From a virus: a DNA stretch of 61,030 bases. Positions within the stretch are counted from its first letter, which is position 1; the number at the start of each line of letters is the position of its first letter. The stretch lies in IMG/VR virus record IMGVR_UViG_3300045942_000039, positions 1 to 61,030 of that record, one strand, 5' to 3'. This document shows, piece by piece, positions 60,641 to 61,030 of this stretch. Made by a program: the position numbers and the translations under genes. The notes beneath the pieces were generated by a model. The model saw only the letters and a list, made by a program, of their open reading frames with translations. It had not been told where the DNA came from and did no database searches.

Positions 60641-60711
60641 TGGAGCGGCGCCCAGGACTTGAACCCAGACCTTCCCTCTGCTGAGGGACGTGCTCATTAC
60701 ACCAGCGCCGC
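60641..60711 (-). tRNA. tRNA-like element, non-canonical (5-nt D-loop, 6-nt anticodon loop CAGCAG, encoded CCA)
   Basis: hand fold: 7-bp acceptor GCGGCGC/GCGCCGC, canonical T-arm CTGGG-TTCAAGT-CCTGG, discriminator U, 3' CCA; D and anticodon arms atypical. Confidence 0.5.
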
Positions 60712-60760
60712 GTTCGATTACCGTAGCACGCCCGCCGGATGCCGCCCCGACACGAAGGAG

Positions 60761-60793
60761 CCCCCCACCTCGAGGCGCGAGCGAGGTGGGGGG
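60761..60793 (-). terminator. hairpin CCCCCCACCTCG/CGAGGTGGGGGG after the DUF488-like gene
   Basis: 12-bp perfect stem with a 9-nt loop. Confidence 0.6.
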
Positions 60794-60843
60794 CGAGGCG
60801 ACCGTTCAGGGTCTGATCGAATCAGGCAGGATTCGGGGAGAGC

Positions 60844-61030
60844 CTACTGGAAGTCGGAGCCGAACAGGAGCTCGGCGGTCGGTCCCTGCGGGCCAGGGCC
60901 GTCGGCCGGCACGTACTCGGCGGCCGGGCAGTCGTCGAGCGTGAGCTCGGGCGCGTGCACGTCGTGCTTGGCGAGCCAGTCGGCGAGCATCCGGCGGTGG
61001 CACCAGTCGCCCTTCGCGACGTTGCACCAA
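60844..61030 (-). CDS. DUF488-like protein, 3' part (60904..61030 duplicates 1..127)
   Basis: same frame as 426..1; ends ...DGPGPQGPTAELLFGSDFQ with TAG at 60844..60846. Confidence 0.6.
   Translation of the reverse strand, partial: WCNVAKGDWCHRRMLADWLAKHDVHAPELTLDDCPAAEYVPADGPGPQGPTAELLFGSDFQ
60904..61030. repeat. terminal direct repeat, copy 2 (identical to 1..127)
   Basis: base-by-base comparison. Confidence 0.95.

Noticed and set aside
60641-60711. tRNA-like element as an attP core indicating tRNA-targeted integration (temperate lifestyle).
   Set aside because: I could not recognise a tyrosine or serine integrase, an excisionase or a CI-like repressor anywhere in the window, so an integration role cannot be supported from sequence alone.

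Overview
The window is a complete, closed phage genome. Nucleotides 1-127 are identical to 60904-61030, and an ORF reads in phase across that join, so the unique length is 60,903 bp. The sequence is visibly high in G+C, and its gene content matches a siphovirus-type phage of an actinobacterial host. All functional calls come from motif recognition only, because no database search was possible.

Every gene I can support lies on the minus strand: about 108 CDS and one tRNA-like element. Plus-strand ORFs in the track look like antisense shadows.

Gene order in the direction of transcription (descending coordinates):
- An early DNA-metabolism block runs 12.0 to 0.6 kb. It holds HTH and WhiB-like regulators, a YqaJ-type exonuclease, a DNA methyltransferase, RecT, an HNH endonuclease, SSB and a RuvC-like resolvase.
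- A small DUF488-like cassette spans the circular junction.
- A tRNA-like element comes next. It is followed by a Dam-like/unknown fusion protein, a ParB-like protein, TerS, TerL, portal, MuF-like protein and a 2H-phosphoesterase::XkdF fusion (60.7 to 52.5 kb).
- An 18-kb block of 44 mostly small genes runs 52.4 to 34.4 kb. It includes a full-length SAM synthetase (metK), an ASCH protein and a lipoprotein.
- Scaffold, decoration protein and major capsid protein occupy 34.3 to 32.0 kb.
- A fibre-like protein and a 997-aa modular protein occupy 31.9 to 27.2 kb.
- Connector and neck genes, two paralogous tail-tube genes, G/GT chaperones with a GGGAAAA -1 slippery site, tape measure and minor tail genes follow.
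- A lysis block (M23 endolysin, holin-like and other membrane proteins) runs 14.7 to 12.2 kb.

The most unusual features:
- Eight near-identical promoters, each followed by a structured leader with compensatory base changes.
- The head-morphogenesis module is split by the 18-kb accessory block.
- Phage-encoded metK occurs together with two methyltransferase-like genes.
- A 2H-phosphoesterase is fused to an XkdF-like domain.
- A non-canonical tRNA-like element lies 23 nt upstream of the late operon.
- The only A+T-rich stretch in the genome (about 8.53-8.69 kb) carries a perfect 16-bp inverted repeat and flanking direct repeats.

I did not recognise an integrase, a repressor, a DNA polymerase or a primase/helicase. 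That absence is only as reliable as reading by eye.
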